From Candidatus Latescibacterota bacterium (lineage in GTDB: Bacteria > Latescibacterota > UBA2968 > UBA8231), in contig OZ242005.1 of NCBI GenBank assembly GCA_965204725.1, forward strand, positions 4,800,001 through 4,864,000: a stretch of DNA of 64,000 nucleotides, in the 5' to 3' direction. The notes beneath the pieces are model-generated. The model ran no database searches. It was not told the origin of the DNA and saw only the letters and a list, made by a program, of their open reading frames with translations. The position numbers and the translations under genes were made by a program. The stretch's first letter is position 1, and each line of letters begins with the position of its first letter. Shown piece after piece: positions 19,596 through 29,147 of this stretch.

Positions 19596-20330
19596 CTAAA
19601 CAATTTCGGGGTGGTTGTGCATCGAGGGGGTGGCCATGATGCGCTTTTGTCGCTCGGTTAGCTCGCCGTACTCTTCGAGGTTGTAAAACTCCTTGGCCCA
19701 CGTCGAGTAGCCGGGGCTGTACTTATAAAGCAACGTGCGGCGTTGGTGCTCGGCACGCCACGGCATGGTGCCGTGGATGAGGGCTTCGGTAAAAAACAAG
19801 GCATCCCCGGCTTTGGCCGTGGGTTGGACGACGTAGTGAGCACTGCGCTCGAAGTGCCTGACATCTTGGGGCAGGTTGCCGGGGTAATTGGTCTTGTGGC
19901 TACCCGGTACGCAGGCAAAGCCGCCATCGCCCTCATTGGCATCGGCGAGAAAAAAGGTCACCACGCTCAGGCCGTTGCGCATCTGGCCGTCGCGGTAGCT
20001 AAACCAGTGGTCGGTGTCTTGGCTAGGGCCGCCGTGGAGACCGCCGCGCGCGTCGCCGCGGTTCATGATGATGGCGTAGTCGTGGTCAATTCGGACCTTG
20101 GCGCCGATGAGTTCGATTAAGTAGGGCAGGATTTTGGGGTGGTCGATCAGGTTTTTGGTGGCTTCGCCCCAGCTACTGACCTTGTTTAGGTCGTTGCGGG
20201 GGTGGTTGTCCCAGCCGGCGAGGTGCTGGTCAACCAGCGCATTGAGGTCGTCTAGTTCCCGTGGGCTGAGGACGTTTTTGACGACCAGATAGCCCTCCAA
20301 GTCAAAGACGAATTTTTCTTCTTCGTTCAT
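19596..20330 (-). CDS. PhyH-fold Fe(II)/2OG enzyme with HxG motif
   Basis: FDLEGYLVVKNVL, LHGG where HxD is expected, GGFACVPGSHK, LIHGT, RRTLLYKY. Confidence 0.85.
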   Translation of the reverse strand: MNEEEKFVFDLEGYLVVKNVLSPRELDDLNALVDQHLAGWDNHPRNDLNKVSSWGEATKNLIDHPKILPYLIELIGAKVRIDHDYAIIMNRGDARGGLHGGPSQDTDHWFSYRDGQMRNGLSVVTFFLADANEGDGGFACVPGSHKTNYPGNLPQDVRHFERSAHYVVQPTAKAGDALFFTEALIHGTMPWRAEHQRRTLLYKYSPGYSTWAKEFYNLEEYGELTERQKRIMATPSMHNHPEIV

Positions 20331-20343
20331 GGCGTATTCCTTT

Positions 20344-21891
20344 CTATTGCGCGTAGATGTCCTGCATCTGATAGGCGTCGAGCGCGACGAGTTCGGCGCT
20401 CTGGCCCTGTGCCCGCAACGAGACCCCCACGCTGTCGGCGCGGTCGGGATAGACCCGGGCGGCCACGCATTGTTGGCCGTTGGCAAAGACTTCAACGACG
20501 CTTTTATCGACGAAGACCCGCAGCTTGAGCGTCTCGCCCGGGGCGAGGATGACCGGAGCGGTCTCCGGGGCGCGGGAGAGCACGTCGGGCGCGACCGAAG
20601 AATACGAGGTGTCGAGCGAGATTAAGCTCTGGTGGTGGTCGCGGCCAAAGACGCGGTTGCTAAAGCCCCGGTTTTTGAAGAAGGCAATGCGCGTGTGCTC
20701 CTGTTTGCCGGGAGCGCGGAGGACGTTGAGTTCGACCATGGGCGCGTCTTGGGGGTCGATTTCGGCGACGATTTCGAGGGCGTTGCCGCGGACCGCATCG
20801 AGGACGAGCTCTTCGTTGGCCGGGAGAGTGGTTTGGCCGACGCGCTGGTGATCGCGCCGGAGCGACTCCAAGTCGCCAGCCGGCTCCATCGCGAGCGCGT
20901 CGCCGACCACGGTCAGCCGGCGGGGCAGGGTCATAATCTGGTTCCAGCCCTCGGTCGGTTTGCCGGGGTTCATGTTGAAGAGGGTCAAGACGCCGCCTCG
21001 GCCATCGGGGGTCGCCGAAGGGGCGTGGACGCCACAGGGCGCGGCCGCGCCAAAGTTGAATTTGGCTCCGTAGGTCACGACAAACTTGTCGCGCTCAGTG
21101 TCGTAGTCGCCGAGCAGGTACTGGCCGCCGCTTCGATGGCTGAAGAAGAGGAGGATGTGGCGGTCGCCAATCGGCCAGAAATAGGGACAGGCTCCGTCGT
21201 CGCCGACGAGCGTGTACCCGTCGTCCTCGACGAAGGGGTGGAGATACTCCCAGTGCTCCAGATCGTTGGACTTGAAGAGGAAGTTGGCGCGCACGGGCTG
21301 GCCGGCCGGGCCTTCGGGCTTGGTGCCCGCCGACAGCGAGTAGTACGCGTCGCCCTGCTTCCAGATACAAGGGTCGAATACTCGGTAGGGCTGGCCGGGC
21401 TGGATGGGAATTACGGCCTTGTTGGCGACCTTTTTCCAGTTGAGCAACAGCGGGTCCGAAGACGTGGCGACCATGTTGCCGACCTCCGTGCCGTGGTACA
21501 TGGCAAGGACGCGGTCTTCCTCGACCAGCGTGGCTCCCGAAAAACAGCAGCGTTCTGGGTTCGGATAGATGCAGTAGGGCAGGTCGCGCCAGTGGACGAG
21601 GTCGTCGCTTATGGCGTGGCCCCAGTGCTGGCGGGTGTCCTCTGGCGGGTAGGCTTGGTAGAAGAGATGGTAGCGGCCCTGCCAGAAGCACAGTCCGTTG
21701 GGATCGTTGAGATTGGCTTCGGGATTGATGTAGTGGTAAATGGGGCGGTGCGGATCGCCGGCATACGAGCGGCGTGCGGCCAGCAGACGCTGCATCAGCG
21801 GGTTGGCGGCGAGGGCTTCCTCTTGTTCGGCCAGCGTGTCGGGGAAGGTGTAGTAAGGGACCTTTGAGGTGTAGTCGGGCGCGGCAGTCAT
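20344..21891 (-). CDS. Glycoside hydrolase family 32-like protein
   Basis: RPIYH, NDPNG, HLFYQ, WGHAISDDLVHW, FSG, C-terminal DKSVVEVFAN. Confidence 0.88.
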   Translation of the reverse strand: MTAAPDYTSKVPYYTFPDTLAEQEEALAANPLMQRLLAARRSYAGDPHRPIYHYINPEANLNDPNGLCFWQGRYHLFYQAYPPEDTRQHWGHAISDDLVHWRDLPYCIYPNPERCCFSGATLVEEDRVLAMYHGTEVGNMVATSSDPLLLNWKKVANKAVIPIQPGQPYRVFDPCIWKQGDAYYSLSAGTKPEGPAGQPVRANFLFKSNDLEHWEYLHPFVEDDGYTLVGDDGACPYFWPIGDRHILLFFSHRSGGQYLLGDYDTERDKFVVTYGAKFNFGAAAPCGVHAPSATPDGRGGVLTLFNMNPGKPTEGWNQIMTLPRRLTVVGDALAMEPAGDLESLRRDHQRVGQTTLPANEELVLDAVRGNALEIVAEIDPQDAPMVELNVLRAPGKQEHTRIAFFKNRGFSNRVFGRDHHQSLISLDTSYSSVAPDVLSRAPETAPVILAPGETLKLRVFVDKSVVEVFANGQQCVAARVYPDRADSVGVSLRAQGQSAELVALDAYQMQDIYAQ

Positions 21892-22094
21892 GGAATCCTC
21901 CGGCTTGGTAAGGGATCGTTAGGGCGGCGAGAAAGTATAGGGCTTGCGCGAGCGTCAATCCAGTCTGGGGGCAGAAGCAGCCGAGAGCGGCGCGGTTTGA
22001 CAGCCGTCGCGTGAATGCGCTCTATTCCCTGCAACGCCATCGCATTGTTCGGGATCGGCGGCTAAACGCGCCATTGCAAAAGGAGCAGTCTTTT

Positions 22095-22757
22095 ATGGTC
22101 AAACCCGAAGTACTAGCAGCCTTTAAGGAATTCGACTCGCCGACGATTTTTAACGCCATCGTCTTAAAATGCGGCCTGCCCAACGAAGAGTACACCGACC
22201 ACCGGATCCGCTGTCTGCTGCCGGAATTGGGGCCGATCATCGGCTATGCGGTGACCGTGGAAGTAACGACCAACGACCCGGACTCCGCAGCCGTGCCTTG
22301 GGAAGGGTACTACGAAGCAATCGACGCGATGGAGGGGCCAGCGGTCGCGGTCGTCAAAGACGTAGATTCGCGGCCCGGGCGCGGGGCCAGCTTTGGCGAC
22401 GGCATGGCGCGGTTGCACCAGCGGCTCGGCGCGGTGGGGGCCATTGTCGATGGCACGGTGCGCGACTTGGAGGGGATCCGCCGGGTCGGGCTGCCGATCT
22501 TCGCGTGGGGGATGGTGCCCGGGCACGGCGTCTTTAACGCGACGCGGGTCAACGCGCCGGTTTCCGTCGGGTCGGTGCGGATTCGGCCGGGGGACCTGAT
22601 CTTTGGCGACGGCGACGGCTGCGTACGCATTCCGCTGGAGCACGCCGCGGACGTGTTGGAATTGGCCGCCGAAGTTCGGGCCAAAGAAGCGAAGGTTTTT
22701 GCCTTGTACGATTCAGACGACTTTTCGCTCGCCAAGTGGCGAGAATCGCGCCAGTAG
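22095..22757 (+). CDS. RraA/HMG-aldolase family protein
   Basis: GYAVT, FGDGMA, DGTVRDLEGI, PGDLIFGDGDG; AAGGAG RBS. Confidence 0.88.
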   Translation: MVKPEVLAAFKEFDSPTIFNAIVLKCGLPNEEYTDHRIRCLLPELGPIIGYAVTVEVTTNDPDSAAVPWEGYYEAIDAMEGPAVAVVKDVDSRPGRGASFGDGMARLHQRLGAVGAIVDGTVRDLEGIRRVGLPIFAWGMVPGHGVFNATRVNAPVSVGSVRIRPGDLIFGDGDGCVRIPLEHAADVLELAAEVRAKEAKVFALYDSDDFSLAKWRESRQ

Positions 22758-22781
22758 CACCGCCGCCCACAGGAGGACCGC

Positions 22782-23657
22782 ATGGAGACCACCACGGTAA
22801 AAATTGATCCCAAAGAAGAAATCGGCTTTATGACGGTGGACGAGGCCGATTTTGCCGCTTTCTCCCTGAGTCAGCAGATCCGCCATCTCGAAGTGGAGGG
22901 CTACGTGCTCCTGCCGGAGGTGCTCGGCCCCGAGCACCTTGCCGAGCTGAAGGACGAGCTAAAGGACCTGCCGATGACTCACAAGGACTACAGCAAGGCC
23001 CAAACCGTCCACCACGAACCCCAGTGCGCGAGCCGAGCGGTGGCCGAGCTGATCGGCCATCCGCCGATCGCAGAGTTCCTCAGCGCACTCATGGGGCCGG
23101 ACATCGTGTTCACGCACGGGCTTTTTACCCGCACCCTCTCCGGCTCGCCGGGCATTTCAATGCACACCGACGGCCAGCCTTATGGCTCATCGATCTTTGG
23201 CTACGAAGGCTCTTCGCCGCGCCTTTTGCGGGTGCTCTACTACCTCGACGACCTACCGCCCGAGCGCGCGCCCTTCCGGCTCATTCCGCGCTCTCATCTC
23301 TCGTTTCACGCCCAAGCCAACCCGTATGTGCGCTACATCTCGCATCCACAGGAGATTACCCTCTGTCCCAAGGCCGGTTCGGTCGTCATGATACCCGCAC
23401 TGCTCTTCCACGGCACTCATCCCAACCGGGACTTGGCCGCTCGGGAACTGATTCAGTTCGGCTACCGGCCGGCTTGGGCGGGGCCGGTTCAGCCAATGGA
23501 CGAGTGGGATTCAGAATGGGTGAAAAACGCGCCGGCCGCGGCCCAACCGTTCCTCCAAAGCCGCAACACGACCGGCAAGGAATGGAAACAGGCCCACAAA
23601 CCCCAAGGCATGCAGCGCGACGCCCCGGGTATCAATCCAGACCGCTGGGCGGACTGA
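22782..23657 (+). CDS. PhyH family Fe(II)/2OG dioxygenase
   Basis: VEGYVLLPEVL, MHTD (HxD), YLDDL, IPRSH, FHGTHPN. Confidence 0.85.
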   Translation: METTTVKIDPKEEIGFMTVDEADFAAFSLSQQIRHLEVEGYVLLPEVLGPEHLAELKDELKDLPMTHKDYSKAQTVHHEPQCASRAVAELIGHPPIAEFLSALMGPDIVFTHGLFTRTLSGSPGISMHTDGQPYGSSIFGYEGSSPRLLRVLYYLDDLPPERAPFRLIPRSHLSFHAQANPYVRYISHPQEITLCPKAGSVVMIPALLFHGTHPNRDLAARELIQFGYRPAWAGPVQPMDEWDSEWVKNAPAAAQPFLQSRNTTGKEWKQAHKPQGMQRDAPGINPDRWAD

Positions 23658-23733
23658 GGGATGGCTAGAACTTGCCCGGCCAGCACCAAGTTGCGACCGT
23701 AAGGCTGGCCTTCTTTTAGCGGAGGACTACGAC

Positions 23734-24747
23734 ATGGAAATGAAAAAAAACCAGCGCAAAATAAACTGGTATCGGTGTCCCTTGCCGCGCGAGGCACTCC
23801 ACGCGCTCAACCAGCGCAGCGACTTCTGGGGGCTCCTACAAACGCTGGGGCACTTGGGGCTGCTGGCGGCGACTAGCGCGGGGGCTTGGTACGCGGCCGA
23901 GCACTTGGCGTGGCCGTGGCTGCTGCTGATCCTCTTTTTTCACGGGACGTTCTACGCCTTTTTGCTCAACGGCTTCCACGAATTGTGTCACTCCACAGTC
24001 TTCAAGAGCAAGTTCCTCAACTACTTCTTCCTGCGCGTGTTCAGCTTTCTCGGCGCGTACAACCACATCCATTTCTGGACCAGTCACACCGAGCACCACA
24101 AGTACACGCTGCACCCGCCCGACGATCTCGAAGTGGTTCTGCCGGCCCAACTGCGATTTGTCGATTTTCTCAAGAGCGCGGTTGTAAATCCGTGGGGCTT
24201 GTACGCCCGCTACAAGACGACTGTGCGGCGGGCATTCGGGAGATTAGAGGGCGAATGGGAGCTGGTGCTCTTTCCCGAGTCGGCACCGGACAAGCGGCGA
24301 CAGCTCATTCGCTGGGATCGCTTCTTGTTAGTGGGGCACATCCTAATCGTGGGGGTATCCTTGTACTTCGGCCTGTGGCTGGTGCCGGTGCTCATTACGC
24401 TCGCGCCTTTTTACGGGGGCTGGTTGCTGTTTTTGTGCAACAACACCCAGCACATCGGCTTGCAGGATGACGTGCCGGATTTTCGGCTCTGCACCCGCAC
24501 GGTCCTCTTGAATCCGTTTTTCCGCTTTCTCTACTGGCACATGAACTACCACATCGAACACCACATGTACGCCGCGGTGCCGTGCTACCGGCTCGGCAAG
24601 CTACACGCGGCCATCAAAGGCGATCTGCCGCATTGTCCGCACGGGCTGTACGAGGCTTGGACGGAGATCGCGGCCATCCTCAAGCGGCAAAAGGCCGAGC
24701 CGGGCTACGAATACGTGCCAGAATTGCCCACGCCCGTCGCGGCTTGA
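23734..24747 (+). CDS. Membrane fatty-acid desaturase family protein
   Basis: Three His boxes: HELCH, HTEHH, HIEHH. Confidence 0.9.
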   Translation: MEMKKNQRKINWYRCPLPREALHALNQRSDFWGLLQTLGHLGLLAATSAGAWYAAEHLAWPWLLLILFFHGTFYAFLLNGFHELCHSTVFKSKFLNYFFLRVFSFLGAYNHIHFWTSHTEHHKYTLHPPDDLEVVLPAQLRFVDFLKSAVVNPWGLYARYKTTVRRAFGRLEGEWELVLFPESAPDKRRQLIRWDRFLLVGHILIVGVSLYFGLWLVPVLITLAPFYGGWLLFLCNNTQHIGLQDDVPDFRLCTRTVLLNPFFRFLYWHMNYHIEHHMYAAVPCYRLGKLHAAIKGDLPHCPHGLYEAWTEIAAILKRQKAEPGYEYVPELPTPVAA

Positions 24748-24808
24748 GGCGGCGGCCTTTCAACGCCAGCGCGAAAGCCTGCCAAGTGTCAATGTTAGAT
24801 AAATTACG

Positions 24809-24847
24809 TAACTCTTTGAAAAACAATGATTTACCCCCCCCCCCCCC
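24809..24847 (+). repeat. 10-5-10 imperfect palindrome followed by C14 tract
   Basis: TAACTCTTTG-AAAAA-CAATGATTTA, then 14 C. A related site lies at 55116-55153 on the minus strand. Confidence 0.75.
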
Positions 24848-26286
24848 GAAAATTCGGTCCTGAGTTTCGGCGTCGCCTGCCCCAGCTTCTGCTTGTGTTG
24901 GCCCTCATGCTGGCGGCCTTCGCCTACGGCGGCCTCGGCGTCCACTACCAGCTATTCCCCTTCCCGGTCATCGCCGATGGCATAAAGACCTTGCGGACTC
25001 TACACGAGGTACATACCAGAAAGGACCACAACAGCTTCATGCACTTCACCGATGTGCCGCCGGACAGCGTGGCCTCCAACCGCTTCGAGTTCGTGGCCGG
25101 CGATGCCCTCAGCGGCCCAGTGCTGTGGCAGGGCGGACGCTACCAGTTCCTCGACTATTGCCCCGACTGGGGATGCCTCGCAGTAGAGTTCACCGCCACC
25201 GGCCAAGTCGCCCATGCCTACCCGTTCCGCAACGATGAACTCGAACAGGCGGCAGCCGCTGCCCAATCCGATGAATTCCCCTACGAACTATCCCCCGCCG
25301 CCTCTTTCGTCGAGGTGTATGTGGCAGCCATGTCGCGCTACGCGAATGGCGACCTGCTGGTGATTTTTTACCAAGACGGGGCTTTCCCCCATGGTGCGGG
25401 CGTTGCTCGGATCGACCGCGATGGGCATCCGGTCTGGTTCCGGCGCGACTACAGCCACCACTGGCCACATATCGAAGAAAACGGCGTCGCGCTGGTGCCC
25501 GGCACGTTGGTTGGCAGCGAGAGTATATCCCTTAAGAGAGGGCGAGGTACTATCACGCGCAAGTGCCGCACGGGTCGGCCGTTGCTCGACGAGATTCGCA
25601 TGATCGACGGGAATGGCCAGATCCTAAAGCGCATCAGCCTGCTTGACGCTTTGCGCAATTCTCCATTCATGCACCTCCTGCCCACATTCGGGAACAAGGC
25701 TTTTTGTAACCTTCACCTCAACTTCGTTCACCGGCTTCGGGATGACGCCGGCGGGACATGGGGCCTCGCGCCGGGAGACTTCGTGGCGTCCCTACGCAAC
25801 CTGAACGCATTCGCTATTCTCGATGGCGAATCCGGCCGCGTCAAACGGCTGGTTCGGGGAACCTTCCTCAGTCAACACAGCGTCCATCACCTAACGGGAT
25901 CGACCTTCCTGATGTTCGACAATTACGGCGGCGATGGGGTTCACGGCCCCTCGCGGCTGCTCATGATCGACATCGCCGATGGCCGGGAGACGACCCTCTT
26001 TCCCAACGACCAGACGCCCGAACCCCTGCGAAACCTGTTCTCCAGCTACAAAGGCGCAATCGACATCTCACCCGATCGCAGTCGGGCGATGATCTTATTC
26101 ACCGTAGAGGGCGTGGCTGTCGAGGTACGCCTCGCCGATGGCGCGGTGCTGAACGCCTTCCACTCCCTACATAATGTATCGAACTTGGAGCAGTTCCCCG
26201 AGCAGTTCCCCGAAGAGTACCCCGAAGAACGGCAGCAAAGGGCCGCCGTATTCGAGATAAATGGACTTTACTACATCCGCAATTGA
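24826..26286 (+). CDS. Arylsulfotransferase (ASST)-like beta-propeller protein, membrane-anchored
   Basis: N-terminal TM, NGDLLV, SHHW, HLNFV, SLRNLN, QHSV, MFDN motifs. Start uncertain because of the poly-C tract. Confidence 0.75.
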   Translation: MIYPPPPRKFGPEFRRRLPQLLLVLALMLAAFAYGGLGVHYQLFPFPVIADGIKTLRTLHEVHTRKDHNSFMHFTDVPPDSVASNRFEFVAGDALSGPVLWQGGRYQFLDYCPDWGCLAVEFTATGQVAHAYPFRNDELEQAAAAAQSDEFPYELSPAASFVEVYVAAMSRYANGDLLVIFYQDGAFPHGAGVARIDRDGHPVWFRRDYSHHWPHIEENGVALVPGTLVGSESISLKRGRGTITRKCRTGRPLLDEIRMIDGNGQILKRISLLDALRNSPFMHLLPTFGNKAFCNLHLNFVHRLRDDAGGTWGLAPGDFVASLRNLNAFAILDGESGRVKRLVRGTFLSQHSVHHLTGSTFLMFDNYGGDGVHGPSRLLMIDIADGRETTLFPNDQTPEPLRNLFSSYKGAIDISPDRSRAMILFTVEGVAVEVRLADGAVLNAFHSLHNVSNLEQFPEQFPEEYPEERQQRAAVFEINGLYYIRN

Positions 26287-26341
26287 GAAGAAGCGAGTCG
26301 TGGAAGGCGCGGCGTACCGAGAAAAAGAATCCGGTTGCAGA

Positions 26342-27523
26342 CTAAAAGACTTCGCCTTCGTATAGTCGGCGCAAAAACTCCTCCAGCGGCCACACGTCTA
26401 GGCCGTCGTAGTGATAGGCCCGTCCGCCGGTATAGACGCCGATCATGCGCTCCACCTCAATGCCTGCGGCCTTGTGCAAGGAGCGCATGGGACGCTCCCA
26501 ACTCCGGTTCCACTTTTCCGCTAACTTGACTTCCAAACAGACGACCCGCGGCGGCGCGGAAGCCGTGCGCTTGCGCGTTTCGATGACAAAGTCGATTTCC
26601 GCGCCAGCGGGGGTGCGGTAAAAGGCAATGGGGCGGTGTTTGTGGCACACGTGGTTATAGACGCGCAATTCGTGATAGACCAAGGTCTCTAAGGCCGTAC
26701 CCAGCCACAAGCGATCGGCCGGATCATAGGCGAGGCCGGCCGCGGCCCGGGCCACTCCGGCGTCGAACCAGTAGAACTTGGGACGCGCCTTTTCGCGCAC
26801 TTTGAGTTGAGGGCGGTAGGCGGGTAGGAAGTGGCCGAGCAAGGTATCTTGGAGAATGGAGAAATACCCATCGACGCTACTGCGCGGAATGGCGGCATCG
26901 CGGGCGACGTTTTGGCCGTTTACTACTTGGCCGTTGAGTAGCCCCGCGACTTCGAGAAAGCGGAGAAAGGGAGGCAATCGGCGCACCAAGCCCTCCTCGC
27001 TGATCTCTTCCTTGATATACGTGTGGACATACGCGTACAGCAGGTCGGCAGCGTACCGTGGATCCGCTTGCACGAGGGGCAAAAGGCCCCATTGCAGGGA
27101 AAACGCAGCGTTGAAGCTAGCCCCCAACTCCCGCTGGGAAAATGGGGCCATAAAGCGGGTCAGGGCGCGCCCACCGAGCAGGTTGACGCCGCCGCGCCGT
27201 AACGTGCGCGCCGATGAGCCGCAGAGGGCAAAACGCCAGCTTCGCGTTTCTAGTAGGCGATGCACCTCGTCTAAGAGGGCGGGTACTTTCTGGATTTCGT
27301 CGAGCACGATCCACGAATCCGCCGCCCGGTCGCCGACGAGTGCTTCTAGGTCATGGGGGTTATGAGATAGCTGCAAATAGAGGGCCGCGTTGAGCAGGTC
27401 AAAGAAGGCGGCATTGGGCAAGGCTTGGCGCAGCCAAGTGCTTTTGCCCACCCCACGCGGACCGAAAAGAAAAAAGGTGCGCTCGGGCAATTCGAGTAGG
27501 CGCTGTATTGAGGAATTCTGCAC
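26342..27523 (-). CDS. AAA_14 ATPase with DUF4143 C-terminal domain
   Basis: GPRGVGKST, LDEIQK, GSSA, LLGGRA, KFYWFDAGV, EIDFV, EVK. Confidence 0.9.
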   Translation of the reverse strand: MQNSSIQRLLELPERTFFLFGPRGVGKSTWLRQALPNAAFFDLLNAALYLQLSHNPHDLEALVGDRAADSWIVLDEIQKVPALLDEVHRLLETRSWRFALCGSSARTLRRGGVNLLGGRALTRFMAPFSQRELGASFNAAFSLQWGLLPLVQADPRYAADLLYAYVHTYIKEEISEEGLVRRLPPFLRFLEVAGLLNGQVVNGQNVARDAAIPRSSVDGYFSILQDTLLGHFLPAYRPQLKVREKARPKFYWFDAGVARAAAGLAYDPADRLWLGTALETLVYHELRVYNHVCHKHRPIAFYRTPAGAEIDFVIETRKRTASAPPRVVCLEVKLAEKWNRSWERPMRSLHKAAGIEVERMIGVYTGGRAYHYDGLDVWPLEEFLRRLYEGEVF

Positions 27524-27602
27524 AATGCAAATTTACGGAACAACCGTAAAAAAACAATGCAAACGTACAGGACAACGGTAAGAAAACAATGCAAACGTAC
27601 GG
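27522..27602. repeat. 2.5 tandem copies of a 32-bp unit upstream of the DUF4143 ATPase
   Basis: ACAATGCAAA starts at 27522, 27554 and 27586. Confidence 0.85.
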
Positions 27603-27603
27603 C

Positions 27604-28164
27604 CTATTCAGCCCAGAGTCTCTCGAAAACCAATCGCCCATCAGCGGCTTCTTTCAGTGCGAATACGTCTGGATTCGATAAAGACTCCCATCCATCGTAG
27701 CCGAAATCAGGGTCCAGCGCGCTCAGGACCAGACTCAGGAGGTTCCCGTGGGTCACTGCGATTGGGAGCCGGTGCCCACCGTCAAGCAGCTCGGTTATCG
27801 CGGCCCAGCCGCGGTCTAACACTGCGCGGGCCGATTCGCCTCCCGGCATCCGCAACTCCAAGTCTCCGAATGAGTCGCGGATCACCTCGCGCCAGTTGTC
27901 AACCGGACGCCCCGAAAGCGTCCGCTCAACTAGGCGGTGATCCAAGTGAACGGGCAATCCCACTGTGGCAGCAAACGGCTCGACGCTTTGCTGTGCTCGC
28001 GTGTAGGTGCTGGAGACGATCCGGTCGATCGGGTAGCAAGACAAGAAACGGGCAAGTCTTTCCGCCTGATGTAAGCCAATCTCTGTTAGTGCGGCATCCG
28101 AGTCTTGTCCTGATGCCTGACAATGCCTAATCAGCATCAACTTGCTCGTTGCGTTAGCTCGCAA
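27604..28164 (-). CDS. Histidine phosphatase family protein
   Basis: LIRHCQ, SSTYTRAQQS, GGES, VTHGN. Confidence 0.88.
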   Translation of the reverse strand: MRANATSKLMLIRHCQASGQDSDAALTEIGLHQAERLARFLSCYPIDRIVSSTYTRAQQSVEPFAATVGLPVHLDHRLVERTLSGRPVDNWREVIRDSFGDLELRMPGGESARAVLDRGWAAITELLDGGHRLPIAVTHGNLLSLVLSALDPDFGYDGWESLSNPDVFALKEAADGRLVFERLWAE

Positions 28165-28990
28165 GCTGTGTCCACGCCGTTACATGGGGCAGTAAGGCCA
28201 CCGGGCGTTTGGCCGTCACCACTTCTTGCCGAACTCGCTCGGCTAGGGTATCTACATCGACTTCCGCGGCCGTGGCAATCCCGTACTCTTCTATGAGCGG
28301 GAGCAGGCTGCGAAGGCTGTTGGCAACGAATTGGTATCCCGCCCAACCCTCCGGCCCGCCGACCGGCGCCTCAAAGTGCATGTACGGCTCGGGCAGCCCC
28401 GCCTCGACAAATGCGCGGTACAGGTCGAACCCCATGGCACTGTGCGCTCCAGAACGCTCAAACACTTGGATCGCCCAATCAATCAGCTTGTTTGCCAGCG
28501 GCGTCTCTGAACGATACATCTGCCGGTAGATGGTGAAATCAGCTTCCTGAAAGGCCACGATCCCCCCCGGGCGCAGGCGCGTCGCTAGCTGTTTTAGGGC
28601 GTCGGCGGGATCGGCCATGTACATGAGGACCAGACGGCCGATCAGGGCGTCAAAGTCGTTGCCCAAGTCCAAGGTCCGGGCGTCCCCAGCGACGAATTCG
28701 ACGTTGGTACATCCCGCGCCCTGCGCCCGTGCCTGCGCCGTCTCGAGAATCGCCGGATTTACATCCACGCCCACGACGCTTCCCTCTGGACCGACCAACT
28801 CGGCGGCTGTCAGGGCCACATCCCCGGCGCCGCTGCCAACATCGAGCACCTTCATCCCGCTGCTAAGGCCCGCCTCCTTAAAAAAACGCCGCGTCACCGC
28901 GTCGTATAGTTGCGACTGCTGAATCAGACGCTCCTCTTCCCCCTCGGTGCGCCCCATCGTATATCTCGCATCGTTTCTCGACTCGTTCAT
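28154..28990 (-). CDS. Class I SAM-dependent methyltransferase
   Basis: VLDVGSGAGDV, VGVD, LRPGG; AAGGAGG RBS. Confidence 0.92.
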   Translation of the reverse strand: MNESRNDARYTMGRTEGEEERLIQQSQLYDAVTRRFFKEAGLSSGMKVLDVGSGAGDVALTAAELVGPEGSVVGVDVNPAILETAQARAQGAGCTNVEFVAGDARTLDLGNDFDALIGRLVLMYMADPADALKQLATRLRPGGIVAFQEADFTIYRQMYRSETPLANKLIDWAIQVFERSGAHSAMGFDLYRAFVEAGLPEPYMHFEAPVGGPEGWAGYQFVANSLRSLLPLIEEYGIATAAEVDVDTLAERVRQEVVTAKRPVALLPHVTAWTQLAS

Positions 28991-29147
28991 GGAACTCAAT
29001 CCTCCTTTTCGCTCGTTGTTTTGGTTCGACAATTCGTCCACAGAGCATCTAGTGCGCTGAGAGCAATTCGGTATTCAAGGTACTTTCAAGCAGAAAGTCA
29101 AACGCCACCCGCCCACTGGCCTCGCCATCCGACTTGTCCTTGGGTCC

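Noticed and set aside
20632-21867. 411-aa plus-strand ORF and similar long shadow ORFs (e.g. 15480-16400, 29914-30801, 5867-6604)
   Set aside because: They overlap well-supported genes, mostly antisense, lack motifs, and are expected in high-GC DNA.
26185-26230. EQFP/EEYP micro-repeat at the sulfotransferase C-terminus
   Set aside because: A short in-frame 12-bp slippage expansion with no evident functional signal.
27522-27602. CRISPR array
   Set aside because: The units are contiguous degenerate tandem copies with no unique spacers, and no cas genes are in the window.
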